A DNA stretch of 64,000 nucleotides, taken from the NCBI GenBank assembly GCA_965237675.1, contig OZ250150.1, forward strand, positions 3,360,001 to 3,424,000, given 5' to 3'. Of this stretch, positions 9,168-19,000 are shown piece after piece. This DNA is from Candidatus Latescibacterota bacterium (GTDB lineage Bacteria > Latescibacterota > UBA2968 > GCA-2709665). A model generated the notes under the pieces. It worked only from the letters and a program-made list of their open reading frames with translations, was not told the origin of the DNA and did no database searches. The position numbers were made by a program, and so were the translations under genes. The stretch's first letter is position 1. Every line of letters starts with the position of its first letter.

Positions 9168-11662
9168 GAAATTTCGTAGGTATCGACTTGGGGACAACAA
9201 ACAGCGCGATCTGCTCCTTTAACGGTTCCGAAACTTGCATTTGGAAGAGCCCCGAACAGAACGATGTAACACCCTCTGTCATCCATATAGATCGAAGGGG
9301 CAATAAGTATGTCGGTAAAAGGGCTTGCGATTCAGCCCGATACAGTCCCGATAATTCTGCAATGTTATTCAAGCGACTTATGGGAACAAGCACGCCAATT
9401 CGACTAGCGGCAGTCAATCTCACTAAAACGCCGGAAGAATGCTCTGCGGAGGTATTGAAGGTGCTGTTTGGCTATCTCTCTGAGGAGATCAGAAACGACC
9501 CGGATACAGGTACCGTGATCACTGTACCCGCGGCATTTAACCAAATGCAGAAAGACGCGACCATGCAAGCGGCCAGCATGGCAGGTATAGGAAAGGTTGC
9601 ACTCATGCAGGAGCCGGTTGCTGCGGTGATGAGAGTCATGCGATCAAGTAGCACTGATGGTATGTTTCTGATCTACGACCTTGGCGGAGGCACGCTAGAT
9701 ATAGCTATCGCCGAAAGCATCAGTGGAAGGGTTAACCTTCTTGCACACGGCGGGATTGCCATGTGTGGTGGACGGGATTTCGACCGCGTTCTATTTGACA
9801 ATGTTGTTCGTAGTTGGCTGCTTGAGAATTTCGATTTGCCCGAAGATTTGCCGGCGAACCCGACGTTTAAATCGCTCATCCGTCTAGCCATCTGGGCGAC
9901 CGAACGGGCGAAGATCGAACTCTCCGCACGCGAAGAGGCAGTTATAAGCCTTTCCGAAATAGAGACACGGGTCAGGGATCTCAAAGATAACGAAATCTAC
10001 CTCGACATTTCCTTGCAGCGCGGCACCTATGACAATCTGATAGCCGAGCGCGTAGGTGAATCGATAGATTCCGCTCGTGAGACAATGGCAAAGGTAGGAA
10101 TCCCCCCACACGATTTAGAGCGCATCGTGTTTGTCGGTGGCCCAACCATTTACAAGCCATTGCGGGACAAAGTCGCCTTCGAGTTAGGAATCCCCGGAAG
10201 CACAGATGTTAATCCGATGACAGCCGTGGCCGAAGGGGCCAGTATATTTTCTGAATCCATCGACTGGGGCTCCCACAATCGCTCAAGGAAGAAATCCCGA
10301 GGGCAGATTTCCCCGGTGGGTGGGCTGGCTCTGACTTTCAACTATATCGCCCGTACACCTGACTCAAGAGCCAAGATTGCCGTTGAGATGGCAGGCCAAA
10401 ACGCCTCTGGTTTTGAAATCCAAATCGACAGTATCGATACCGGCTGGACCTCGGGTCTTATTCCACTCAAGCATGGTGCAATAATTGAAGTAACCCTGAC
10501 AAAGACCGGCGATAACACATTCAAGGTTTTCGTGTTTGATTCTGTGGGCGGCCCTATAGCCCTCGAGCAGGACAAGATCATAATCACGAAGACTGCTGTT
10601 ACCGTTGACGCCATTCCGGCCTCGCATTCAGTTGGCATTGAGGTTTTGGAGAAGCTAGGTGGGCATCCGGTACTCGAATACCTGGTTCGGTCAGGTGAAA
10701 CGCTACCCCAAAAGGGCAAGAGGGTACTAAGAGCTGCCGAATCGCTTAAGGCAGGAGCATCTCACTCACTCAATTTTAAGCTTTGGGAAGGAGAAATCGA
10801 AGAGCCCATCAGCGACAATCGTCCCATCGGCGTTTTGAAGATTTCCGGCTCCGATTTCGATGATGGTGTGATTCCCATAGGCGCTGACCTTGAATGTGAT
10901 TATGAGATCTTGGATTCGGGGAACATCGTCATAGAAGTTTCCGTTCCATGCATCGGCGGTACATTCTATTCGGGTAAGAACTTCTATTCTCGGCAGGAAG
11001 GCCAGCTTGACTACACTTCAGATTCAGTTCGGATCGTCGAAGAAGGAGAACGAACACTCAGGCGCATTGATGAAATCAACCAAGTCGTTGACAACGCGAA
11101 ACTTGACCAAGCAAAGCAGAAACTTGAACCTGCAATTTCGCTCGATCCCAACGAAGCAGAAACCGAAAAAGCCCAAGAGGCCATGGAAAAAGTCTTCGAA
11201 GCGAAACAACTCCTTGCTCAGATTAGGAAGGCTCATCTCAAGGAGATCCGTCAAATTGATCTGGACGGGGTGGTCTCCTTTTTTGATGAGTATGTCCGCC
11301 AGCACTCACGCCCATCAGAGGCGACCTCATTCGATAACTTGGCGAAAACAGCGCAACGCTCCATTGACAGAAACGACAATGATTTTGAATATCACTTGGA
11401 TGAACTTAAAGGAAAAAACTTCGAAATCCTGTGGCGTCAGGATTGGTTCGTTGTCGAACAATTTAAAAGGATGATTGAGCTGCCTCACCTATTTGCAGAT
11501 AAGCTTCTCTCTCAGGAACTTACCAACGTTGGCATGCAACTAATGCGTTCCAATGATATTGAGAAACTCCGCGATGTTGCCGCCCAGCTAATGATGATCC
11601 GGATTGACAAAGGTCCCGACAACGAGATGTTCGGTGTTACAACCAATATTATCAGGGGATGA
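9164..11662 (+). CDS. Atypical Hsp70/DnaK-family protein, 832 aa
   Basis: GIDLGTTNS, ITVPAAF, EPVAA, YDLGGGTLD, GGRDFD, VFVGG; non-canonical C-terminal half; SD GGAGG. Confidence 0.92.
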   Translation: MRNFVGIDLGTTNSAICSFNGSETCIWKSPEQNDVTPSVIHIDRRGNKYVGKRACDSARYSPDNSAMLFKRLMGTSTPIRLAAVNLTKTPEECSAEVLKVLFGYLSEEIRNDPDTGTVITVPAAFNQMQKDATMQAASMAGIGKVALMQEPVAAVMRVMRSSSTDGMFLIYDLGGGTLDIAIAESISGRVNLLAHGGIAMCGGRDFDRVLFDNVVRSWLLENFDLPEDLPANPTFKSLIRLAIWATERAKIELSAREEAVISLSEIETRVRDLKDNEIYLDISLQRGTYDNLIAERVGESIDSARETMAKVGIPPHDLERIVFVGGPTIYKPLRDKVAFELGIPGSTDVNPMTAVAEGASIFSESIDWGSHNRSRKKSRGQISPVGGLALTFNYIARTPDSRAKIAVEMAGQNASGFEIQIDSIDTGWTSGLIPLKHGAIIEVTLTKTGDNTFKVFVFDSVGGPIALEQDKIIITKTAVTVDAIPASHSVGIEVLEKLGGHPVLEYLVRSGETLPQKGKRVLRAAESLKAGASHSLNFKLWEGEIEEPISDNRPIGVLKISGSDFDDGVIPIGADLECDYEILDSGNIVIEVSVPCIGGTFYSGKNFYSRQEGQLDYTSDSVRIVEEGERTLRRIDEINQVVDNAKLDQAKQKLEPAISLDPNEAETEKAQEAMEKVFEAKQLLAQIRKAHLKEIRQIDLDGVVSFFDEYVRQHSRPSEATSFDNLAKTAQRSIDRNDNDFEYHLDELKGKNFEILWRQDWFVVEQFKRMIELPHLFADKLLSQELTNVGMQLMRSNDIEKLRDVAAQLMMIRIDKGPDNEMFGVTTNIIRG

Positions 11663-11715
11663 TTTGTGACAAATTGAAGTGGACCCCAAAAACTGGACCG
11701 GCATCAATGACCGAA

Positions 11716-12975
11716 TGGACTTAACCTGATTTGGTGGACGCTCATCTTCTGGTTATCTTGATGAGACATAAGGAGGTTCATCGTGCCCGATACACATCCT
11801 CCGTATCCGCTTGAGGATCGTCAGCAGATGGTAGAATTGGTACGAGCGGGGCGCTCACCAGAATGAACTGGCGATGGTTAACGAGTCCACCGGCCAGTCG
11901 ATCCGTGACGAAGTGGCTCAGGTGGCTCGAGATTGCGGCCGCCGGGACGACGATCTAACGACATAGGCGTGTGAAGAACTTGCGCGGTTGCACAGCGGGA
12001 ACAAGCAACCACGTATTAAACGTGAGATCCTCTCAAAAGCCGCCGCCTGATTCGCACGGGAGACCGACTCCATTCCTCAAAAGCCTTCGCGTTTGAAATG
12101 GCGCACCGGGCCGTGTACGTTGTGGCCACGGAATGGCGCGTGATGGGGAACTCCACCAGCGAGTATATTGCGGGGCTGAAGCGTCAGATCTCAAGACGTG
12201 CGGTAGCTGATTTGGTCCTCAAGGATCACATTGCGGTACTTCACACGCGATCTTTTGGGACCTATGGCGCACGCCGAAACACACCCAACTGGCATTTGAG
12301 GGCACTAAAACGGGCCCCAAGCGGTTTGTCCGGCTACTGCGGAAAATCGTCACTATGGGGTTAGCCAACACAAAGGCGTGCTCGCTACCTCGAAGGGCCA
12401 GCAGGAAAGCACTGTCGCCGATTTGGCTAATCGGGAATTTAGGGTCGTAGCACCCGATTGTTTCTAGGAGCCTGCGCTCCAGAACGGATTTGAGCACTGA
12501 ACTACACTATATATAGTATTGTAAGTTTTCTGCGGCGCAGACTCCTAGGAGGCCGATATCACGTACTTCCCCATCTGGGCGGGCTTCCTTTGCTTTTCCG
12601 TGGCTCTGGATGCCGTCTAAAGGCGCATCGTAAGATGGGCGATCGACTCGCATTTACACACCAAGGTGGCGCTGTATGCCATGGATACAGCCTTGCGGCA
12701 TCGTCGTCCCATGGACGTGATCGATCATTCCATTGAGGGATCGCGGTATACCTGCCTCGCCTTCGGTCTGCGCTACAAGAATGCTGGTGTCCGTCCCTAC
12801 AGTGGATCGGTCGGAGACTGCTTGGCGAACGCGATGTGCGAGAGTTTCTTCGCTACGGTAGAATGCGAACTGCTCGATCGCCACTGGTTTCGCACGTTCC
12901 TGGCCGCGCAACGGGCCGTCTTCGAGTACATTGAGGTGTGCAATAGTCAGCATCGTATGTATTCAGCTTTGGAAA
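11716..12975 (+). mobile_element. Decayed IS3-family insertion sequence (orfA/orfB pseudogenes); right end not recognisable
   Basis: IRL-like TGGACTTAACCTGATTTGGTGGAC; orfA remnant from GTG 11783 (PPYP..RQQMVELVRAGRSPE..REILSKAAA*FARETD); orfB remnant (ADITY..W.GF; GSVGDCLANAMCESFFATVECELL); multiple stops and frameshifts. Confidence 0.9.
12468..12544. mobile_element. 77-bp MITE (IS5-like ends) inserted in the IS3 orfB remnant
   Basis: 17-bp terminal inverted repeats GAGCCTGCGCTCCAGAA / GAGTCTGCGCCGCAGAA (14/17 match), flanked by CTAG at 12464-12467 and 12545-12548; removing it restores the P-D-x-x-(W)-x-A-D-I-T-Y frame. Confidence 0.8.
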
Positions 12976-13064
12976 TAGGACTCACTCACATCCCATGAGG
13001 AAATACATTAGTCACTTGGTTGATACCTAGGCCGATAACCGCCCACGAATCCGGTAAACTCAAA

Positions 13065-14741
13065 ATGGACCTTCTAAAAAATCCCTTCCATATTCTAACC
13101 GCTACTCCCCGAGACAATCGACGAAGGATTATGGAACTGGCAGATGAACGTGATCTGCTACTAGATTCGAGTGCATGTATACAAGCGCGTTCTGATTTGA
13201 CAAATCCCCGAAAGAGACTCTTTGCCGAAATCGCGTGGTTGCCAGGATTGAGCCCAAAACGCTCTACCGAAGTGTTGCAGTTGTTGGAATCAACGGGAGA
13301 GGATCTCGACATGAACAATTGTGCGTTCTTTTCGGATACTCTCGGATTGGGAAAAACGACCCCCACCGCTCGTACCAACTTGCTTGCCGCCTGGCTATCC
13401 CGTTTGCCTGATTACTCGCCAGACGAAGTTGCGGAAAGGATTCTCGAAATTGCCTGGGCCTTTGAGGATATCAACTCAGAAGCGCTTCGCACAACCATCA
13501 ACGACGAACGCATTGTGTCCAGTTTCCCCGAAATAACAGATCTGTCGGCGGTAGAAGTGGAAATACAGAATCTGCGTCGATATTATCTTCAGGTCATCGA
13601 ATCGGCCTTGGACAATCTACCGACTAACGAGCTTGTCGAAGCGGTGGCCGACGTGGTTGAATCGGCAACAGACAATGGAGACGATCACGGGCCAATGTTG
13701 ATTGATGACCTAGTCGGATGGTATGAGCTAAGTGTTCAGGAGCCACTTAACAAGGAAGAAGGAAATATCAAGGCATTGGTCGAGAAGCTCCGAATGTCGG
13801 CTGACGGAGAACTCCCAGACTCTACGTTGGCCCCCATTATCAACGAACTCATTCGGGTCGTCAAAAACTGGGACAAGGTTGCGCAGCCGATCCAAGTCAA
13901 CACAAAGAGCCGGGGATTGGACCATAATGCAAGTCATCAGGTGGCCGATCTTGTGCGAGGATTGGCAATCCACCTTTCCAACGAACACGGCAAGCTCGGT
14001 TTCTCACGACAGCTTATGGGGATGCTGCAAGAAGTGTTCGCAGAGGTTGTTGAAGTTGCCGAGCGCACCGCTGAAGACATAAGTGCACTGGATGATATCG
14101 CCGAGAAAATTGACGACGAAAAAAAACGGGCAGAAGAATGGCGCAAAGAAATCACCTATGAGGCCGACATAGGCACACTCTTTAAACAAAAGCTCCGAAT
14201 TTCACCTGAAGGTATCGAATGGAAAGGATGTCAATGGGATCTTGATTCCATTACACGGGTTCGTTGGGGAGGAACACGACATTCAGTAAACGGCATTCCC
14301 ACCGGAACAATCTACAGCGTTATTTTCGGTGACGACTCTGACTACGCTTCCATTAGGTTGAAAAAGGAGGCCATCTACAGCGATTTCATAGACTGTTTGT
14401 GGCGGGCTGTTTGTGTGAGGTTGTTAACCGAGTACCTCAATTACCTGCGTGACGGCGGGAAAATTACATTCGGCTCCGCCGTAGTGACGGACCACGGGTT
14501 GGAGTTGGAGCGCAAGCGGCTATTTTCAAGCAATGAGCTAGTTTTTTGCCGATGGTGTGAACTCGTAATGTGGAACCACGCTGGCGTCTTCTACACAGGA
14601 AAAAAAGGTGACAAGAAGCTGGCTTCTGCTTTCTCATATCAGGAAGATGACAATATACACATACTTGAAGCCATGATTCGTATGTTGCAAAAACAGGGTG
14701 GCAACAGATTGAGTAGCATCTTGGGGAATAACAGCGAATGA
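13065..14741 (+). CDS. Hypothetical protein associated with Hsp70; J-domain-like N-terminus without HPD, helical middle, PH-like C-terminal repeats
   Basis: Long ORF with island composition; NPFHILTATPRDNRRRI start; beta-rich C-terminus (LRISPEGIEW..., VVTDHGLEL...). Domain calls are inference. Confidence 0.75.
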   Translation: MDLLKNPFHILTATPRDNRRRIMELADERDLLLDSSACIQARSDLTNPRKRLFAEIAWLPGLSPKRSTEVLQLLESTGEDLDMNNCAFFSDTLGLGKTTPTARTNLLAAWLSRLPDYSPDEVAERILEIAWAFEDINSEALRTTINDERIVSSFPEITDLSAVEVEIQNLRRYYLQVIESALDNLPTNELVEAVADVVESATDNGDDHGPMLIDDLVGWYELSVQEPLNKEEGNIKALVEKLRMSADGELPDSTLAPIINELIRVVKNWDKVAQPIQVNTKSRGLDHNASHQVADLVRGLAIHLSNEHGKLGFSRQLMGMLQEVFAEVVEVAERTAEDISALDDIAEKIDDEKKRAEEWRKEITYEADIGTLFKQKLRISPEGIEWKGCQWDLDSITRVRWGGTRHSVNGIPTGTIYSVIFGDDSDYASIRLKKEAIYSDFIDCLWRAVCVRLLTEYLNYLRDGGKITFGSAVVTDHGLELERKRLFSSNELVFCRWCELVMWNHAGVFYTGKKGDKKLASAFSYQEDDNIHILEAMIRMLQKQGGNRLSSILGNNSE

Positions 14742-15056
14742 GAATCAGAAATACCAAACTTGGATTTTCCAGTCTAATCAGTTTGACATCGAATTCGAGA
14801 GATTTCGTTCAGCCTGAAACTTATAAAGCGTCCTACATTTCTTGGGCAGCAGTCGCACTAAATACAGTGTTCGCGTTACTGTATTTGACAATATCTCCAC
14901 CACCAGTTCGGTTGTAGAATGTTGATTAGGGTGAAGTCTGTGTATGGGGTGATTGCCTTCTTGCATTTCAGAAGCAACCGGAGATGGTTCTTGAAGTCGC
15001 CGCACAAATGCAAGGGAAAAATTAAAGTGCCGTGGCTGCGATTTCTTGACTTCCAA

Positions 15057-15911
15057 CTAAGCAGCATCGCCGATTCTTTTCTCCGCGGATTCCACGGTCT
15101 GGGTGATTAGCGTGGCGATAGTCATGGGTCCAACGCCACCGGGCACCGGGGTGTATGCCGCGCATCTGTGGACGACTGCCGAGAGTTCCACATCTCCGAC
15201 AGGGCCCGGATGGAAACCGGCATCGATGACGACGGCGTTATCTGCGATCCAGTCGGCTTTGATGAATTCCGGTTGCCCCACGGCGCCAACGACAATATCG
15301 GCAGCGAGGACAATTCGGGGAAGATTTCGGGTTCTGGAATGGCAGATGGTCACGGTGGCATTGGCATTCAGCAGCATCATAGCCAGTGGTTTACCCAGAA
15401 TAGGGCTTCGACCGACGACAACGGCGTTTCTGCCTTCCACCGGGATATCGAAATGCAGAAGAAGCTTCATGATGCCTGCGGGTGTTGCCGCGCCGTAGGC
15501 TGACGCTCCCATAGCCATCAGACCGAAACCGTGTGCCGTGACACCGTCCACGTCCTTTTCGGTCGAGATCCGGTCGAAGCACGCGCGTTCGTGGACGTAG
15601 GCGGGAACCGGGTGCTGCAGAAGAATTCCGTGCACGTCGGGATCGGCGTTGAGCTTGTCGATCTCGGCCAGGAGTTCGCGTGTGGTCGTTTCTTGCGGCA
15701 GCAGGACTTTCAATGAGTCCATGCCCACCCGTTTGCAAGCGTTGCCCTTCATTCGCACGTAAGTGGCTGATGCGGGGTCGTCTCCAACCAGGATGGTGCC
15801 CAGAACGGGAACCTGACCGCCCGCCCTTCCCTTAATACGTGCCACGCGGCCTTTCAGTTCAGTTTCAATCTGTCTGGCAAGCGATTTGCCATCCAGGACT
15901 GTTGCTGCCAT
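15057..15911 (-). CDS. folD: Bifunctional methylene-THF dehydrogenase/cyclohydrolase
   Basis: [47 protein letters not shown]; SD GGAGG. Confidence 0.97.
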   Translation of the reverse strand: MAATVLDGKSLARQIETELKGRVARIKGRAGGQVPVLGTILVGDDPASATYVRMKGNACKRVGMDSLKVLLPQETTTRELLAEIDKLNADPDVHGILLQHPVPAYVHERACFDRISTEKDVDGVTAHGFGLMAMGASAYGAATPAGIMKLLLHFDIPVEGRNAVVVGRSPILGKPLAMMLLNANATVTICHSRTRNLPRIVLAADIVVGAVGQPEFIKADWIADNAVVIDAGFHPGPVGDVELSAVVHRCAAYTPVPGGVGPMTIATLITQTVESAEKRIGDAA

Positions 15912-16031
15912 CGCGCCTCCCTTTGCGACCATACATTCTGGCACGGATTCGGTGGCCTCACCGCGTCGAAGTCTGCTCATCGGGTAACGGGCGGCGGCCC
16001 CCTCGCTCCGAAATCCACCCTCAGCGAATCC

Positions 16032-19000
16032 CTAAGTTTCCTCGCACCATGCTCGGGCGTTCTGGAAGATCTGCAGCCAGGGCGAAGCGCTCAGGCAATT
16101 CTTCCAGGATTCCGGCATCCAGCCCCATTGCCATTTCAAAAACGCTCGTTCTGGATGCGGCATCATCGCCAGGTGGCGTCCGTCAGGGGAACAAAGGGCG
16201 GCGATGCCGTGCGGAGAGCCGTTGGGATTGAACGGATAGGATTCGGTTATGCAATTGCCGTCGTCGATGTACCTGACGGGGGCCAGGTTGTTCCGGATGA
16301 CACGGTCGAGCGTTTCCGGTCTGGGAAAATGGATCCGGCCCTCTCCGTGGGCAACCCAGATGCCCAGGGAAGCGCCGGCCATGTGCTTGAACATCACAGC
16401 CGGGCTTTCCTGGATCTGTGCGGTGACGAAGCGTGATTCAAAACGCCCCGATGTATTCTGGATAAAGCGCGGTTGAAACTCGGTCTTGGTTCCCGCCCAG
16501 GGCACCCACCCGAGCAGGGCCATCAACTGGCAGCCATTACAGACTCCCAGACTGAATGTGTCAGTTCGTTCGTGGAACGCTTGAAACTGATCCCGGAGAC
16601 GCGGACTGAACCGGATGACCCCGGCCCAGCCCTTGGCGGAGTCCAGGACGTCGGCATAACTGAATCCACCCACAAAGGCAACGCCTCGAAAGCCGTCAAG
16701 TCGGATCCGATCGGCCTGAAGATCGGACATCGTCACGTCCCAGGGTTCCAGGCCCGCGGCGTGGAACGCAGAGGCCATCTCACGGTCACCGTTGCTGCCT
16801 TCCTCGCGAACGATGGCAACAGGAATCTTTGTTCCGGATTTCAGAATTTCTGGCGCTGTCGGCGCAGGCGTAAACGGAAGGGTGTATCGGGGCCCGGTGC
16901 GCTGTCTCAGCGTCAGCCGTTCCTGATCTACGCACTGCGGGTTCGCCTGCAGCCGTTCGAGACGGTAGCTCGTTTCCTCCCACAGGTCGCGCAGAGTCTC
17001 CATGTCGTCGTCGAGTACGGTCATGCCGTTCAGGGCGATACGGACCGAAGTGTCCGCCGTGGTTTTTCCAATGGGAATACATGGCACGTCCGCGGCATTG
17101 AGGGTTTCGAGAACGTGGCGTACTTTGTTGGCGTGCACCTCGAAGACCAGGCCCATCTCCTCGGAAAAGAGAGACGAGATCGGATCTGAGGATGTCGGGA
17201 GATCGATCCGGATGCCGCAGTTCCCGGCGAAAGCCATTTCGAGCATAGCAGTGAGGATGCCGCCGTCGCTCCGGTCGTGGCCCGCGGCCACGCTGTTTTC
17301 GGCAATGAGTTGTTGCAAGGCGTTGAAGGCGCGTTTCAGCAGACCGGGGTCCTCCACGTCGGGCGGCGTATCGCCGATCTGGCTATAGACCTGGGCAAGG
17401 GCCGAGCCTCCCAGGCGGGTTTTACCGTCGGCAAGGTCGATGTAGAGCAGGCGCCCCGCTTCGGGGAGTTTCAGGTCCGGAGTCACGACTTTGGTCACAT
17501 CCGGACAGGTTACATAGGCCGAAATGACAAGGGCCCCAGGCGCGGTCACGGTCTCTCCGGTCCCGCCCGGGCCGGGTGCCAGCGCGGCCATTGAGAGACT
17601 GTCTTTCCCGCCGTCTATAGCGATACCCAATTCAAGCAGGAAATTCACCAGCGACCTGGCCGCATCGTAGAGCGCGGCGCCCTCGCCGGGTAGTTTCGCC
17701 GCCCACATCCAGTTTCCTGAGCATTTCACGTCTTCCAGCGCGCTGACCTGGGCCCATACCAGATTGGTTAGCGCTTCCCCGACACTCATCCGAGCCATCG
17801 CGGCGGGGTCCAGGAGTCCGATGACGGGTTGTTCCCCGATGGCAGTGGCGGCACCTGTTATGCCGAAGTGGCTCTGCGCGATCACGGCCACGTCCGAAAC
17901 CGTGAGTTGGAGAGGACCGGCGCACTGCTGCCGGGCAACCAGGCCGGTGACGCTTCGGTCGACCTTGTTGGTAAGAAAACGCTTGGAGCCAACCGACACA
18001 AGGCGCAGCACTCTCTCCAATGCGGACTTTACGGTAATGTCCTCGGGAAGAACCAGAGGCGCCAATTCGGTTGGCCTGCGGTACAGTTCAAAGTTTTTGC
18101 GAGGCATGTCGCCCAGCACTTTTTCCAGTTCCAGGTCGACGGGGGTGGTGTCGTCGGTTTCGTCGTAGAGGACGATTCTTCCGTTTCCGGTTACGTGGCC
18201 GACGAAGGCCGCCTTTATCTTTTCCCGCCTGCACAGGTTCTTGAACGCGTCCGCGTGTCGGGGATGCAGAAGCAGGGCGTCGTTTTCCTGGTATTCGGCG
18301 CCCCAGATCTCCAGGACAGAAAGCGACCGGTCACCGACGGGCAGGGCACGAACGTGTATGCGGGCGCCTTCGGGCGCTACGATTTCCTTGAGAACGTTAC
18401 AGTTACCGCCGGCCCCCTGGTCGTGGATGCTGACGATGGGGTTCTCCGCGCCCATTTCCACGCAGGCACGAATGACCCGGTTCACTTTCTGCTCCATTTC
18501 GGCATCGCCCCGCTGCACGGCGTTAAAGTCCAGTTCCGCTGTGTTCTCACCCTGGACCATCGACGAAGCCGCCCCGCCCCCCATCCCGATGCGGTATGCA
18601 GGGCCACCGAGTTTGACCACCCACATCTTCTCTTCAGGGGTTCCTTTCCGCGTGTGCCGGGCGTCAATCTGGCCGATACCACCGGTGAACATGATGGGTT
18701 TGATCCATTCGCGGCGCTGGCCGTCAGGCAGTCGAAGACCGAAGGCGCGGGTATAGCCCTGGATGAGTGGTTCGCCGAATTTGTTACCGTAGTCGGACGC
18801 GCCGTTACTGGCTTCAATCTCGATCCGGAGGGGGGAGGCGAAATTGTCGGAATATTGAAACGAGGGGTCCTCCCAGGGCATTTCATAGTCCGGGATACGC
18901 AGATTGCCCACGCAGTAGGCTGCGGTACCTGCAACGACAAGGGCGCCGCGCCCGGCGGCATGTACGTCCCGGATGCGGCCTCCCGTACCGGTTTCGGCAC

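Noticed and set aside
12098-12998. ORF-track calls 12098-12364 and 12666-12998 as independent genes
   Set aside because: They are fragments of the broken IS3 orfB
15912-16031. ZTP or THF riboswitch upstream of folD
   Set aside because: Conserved motifs (e.g. GACTGGCG...CGCCTGGG) not present
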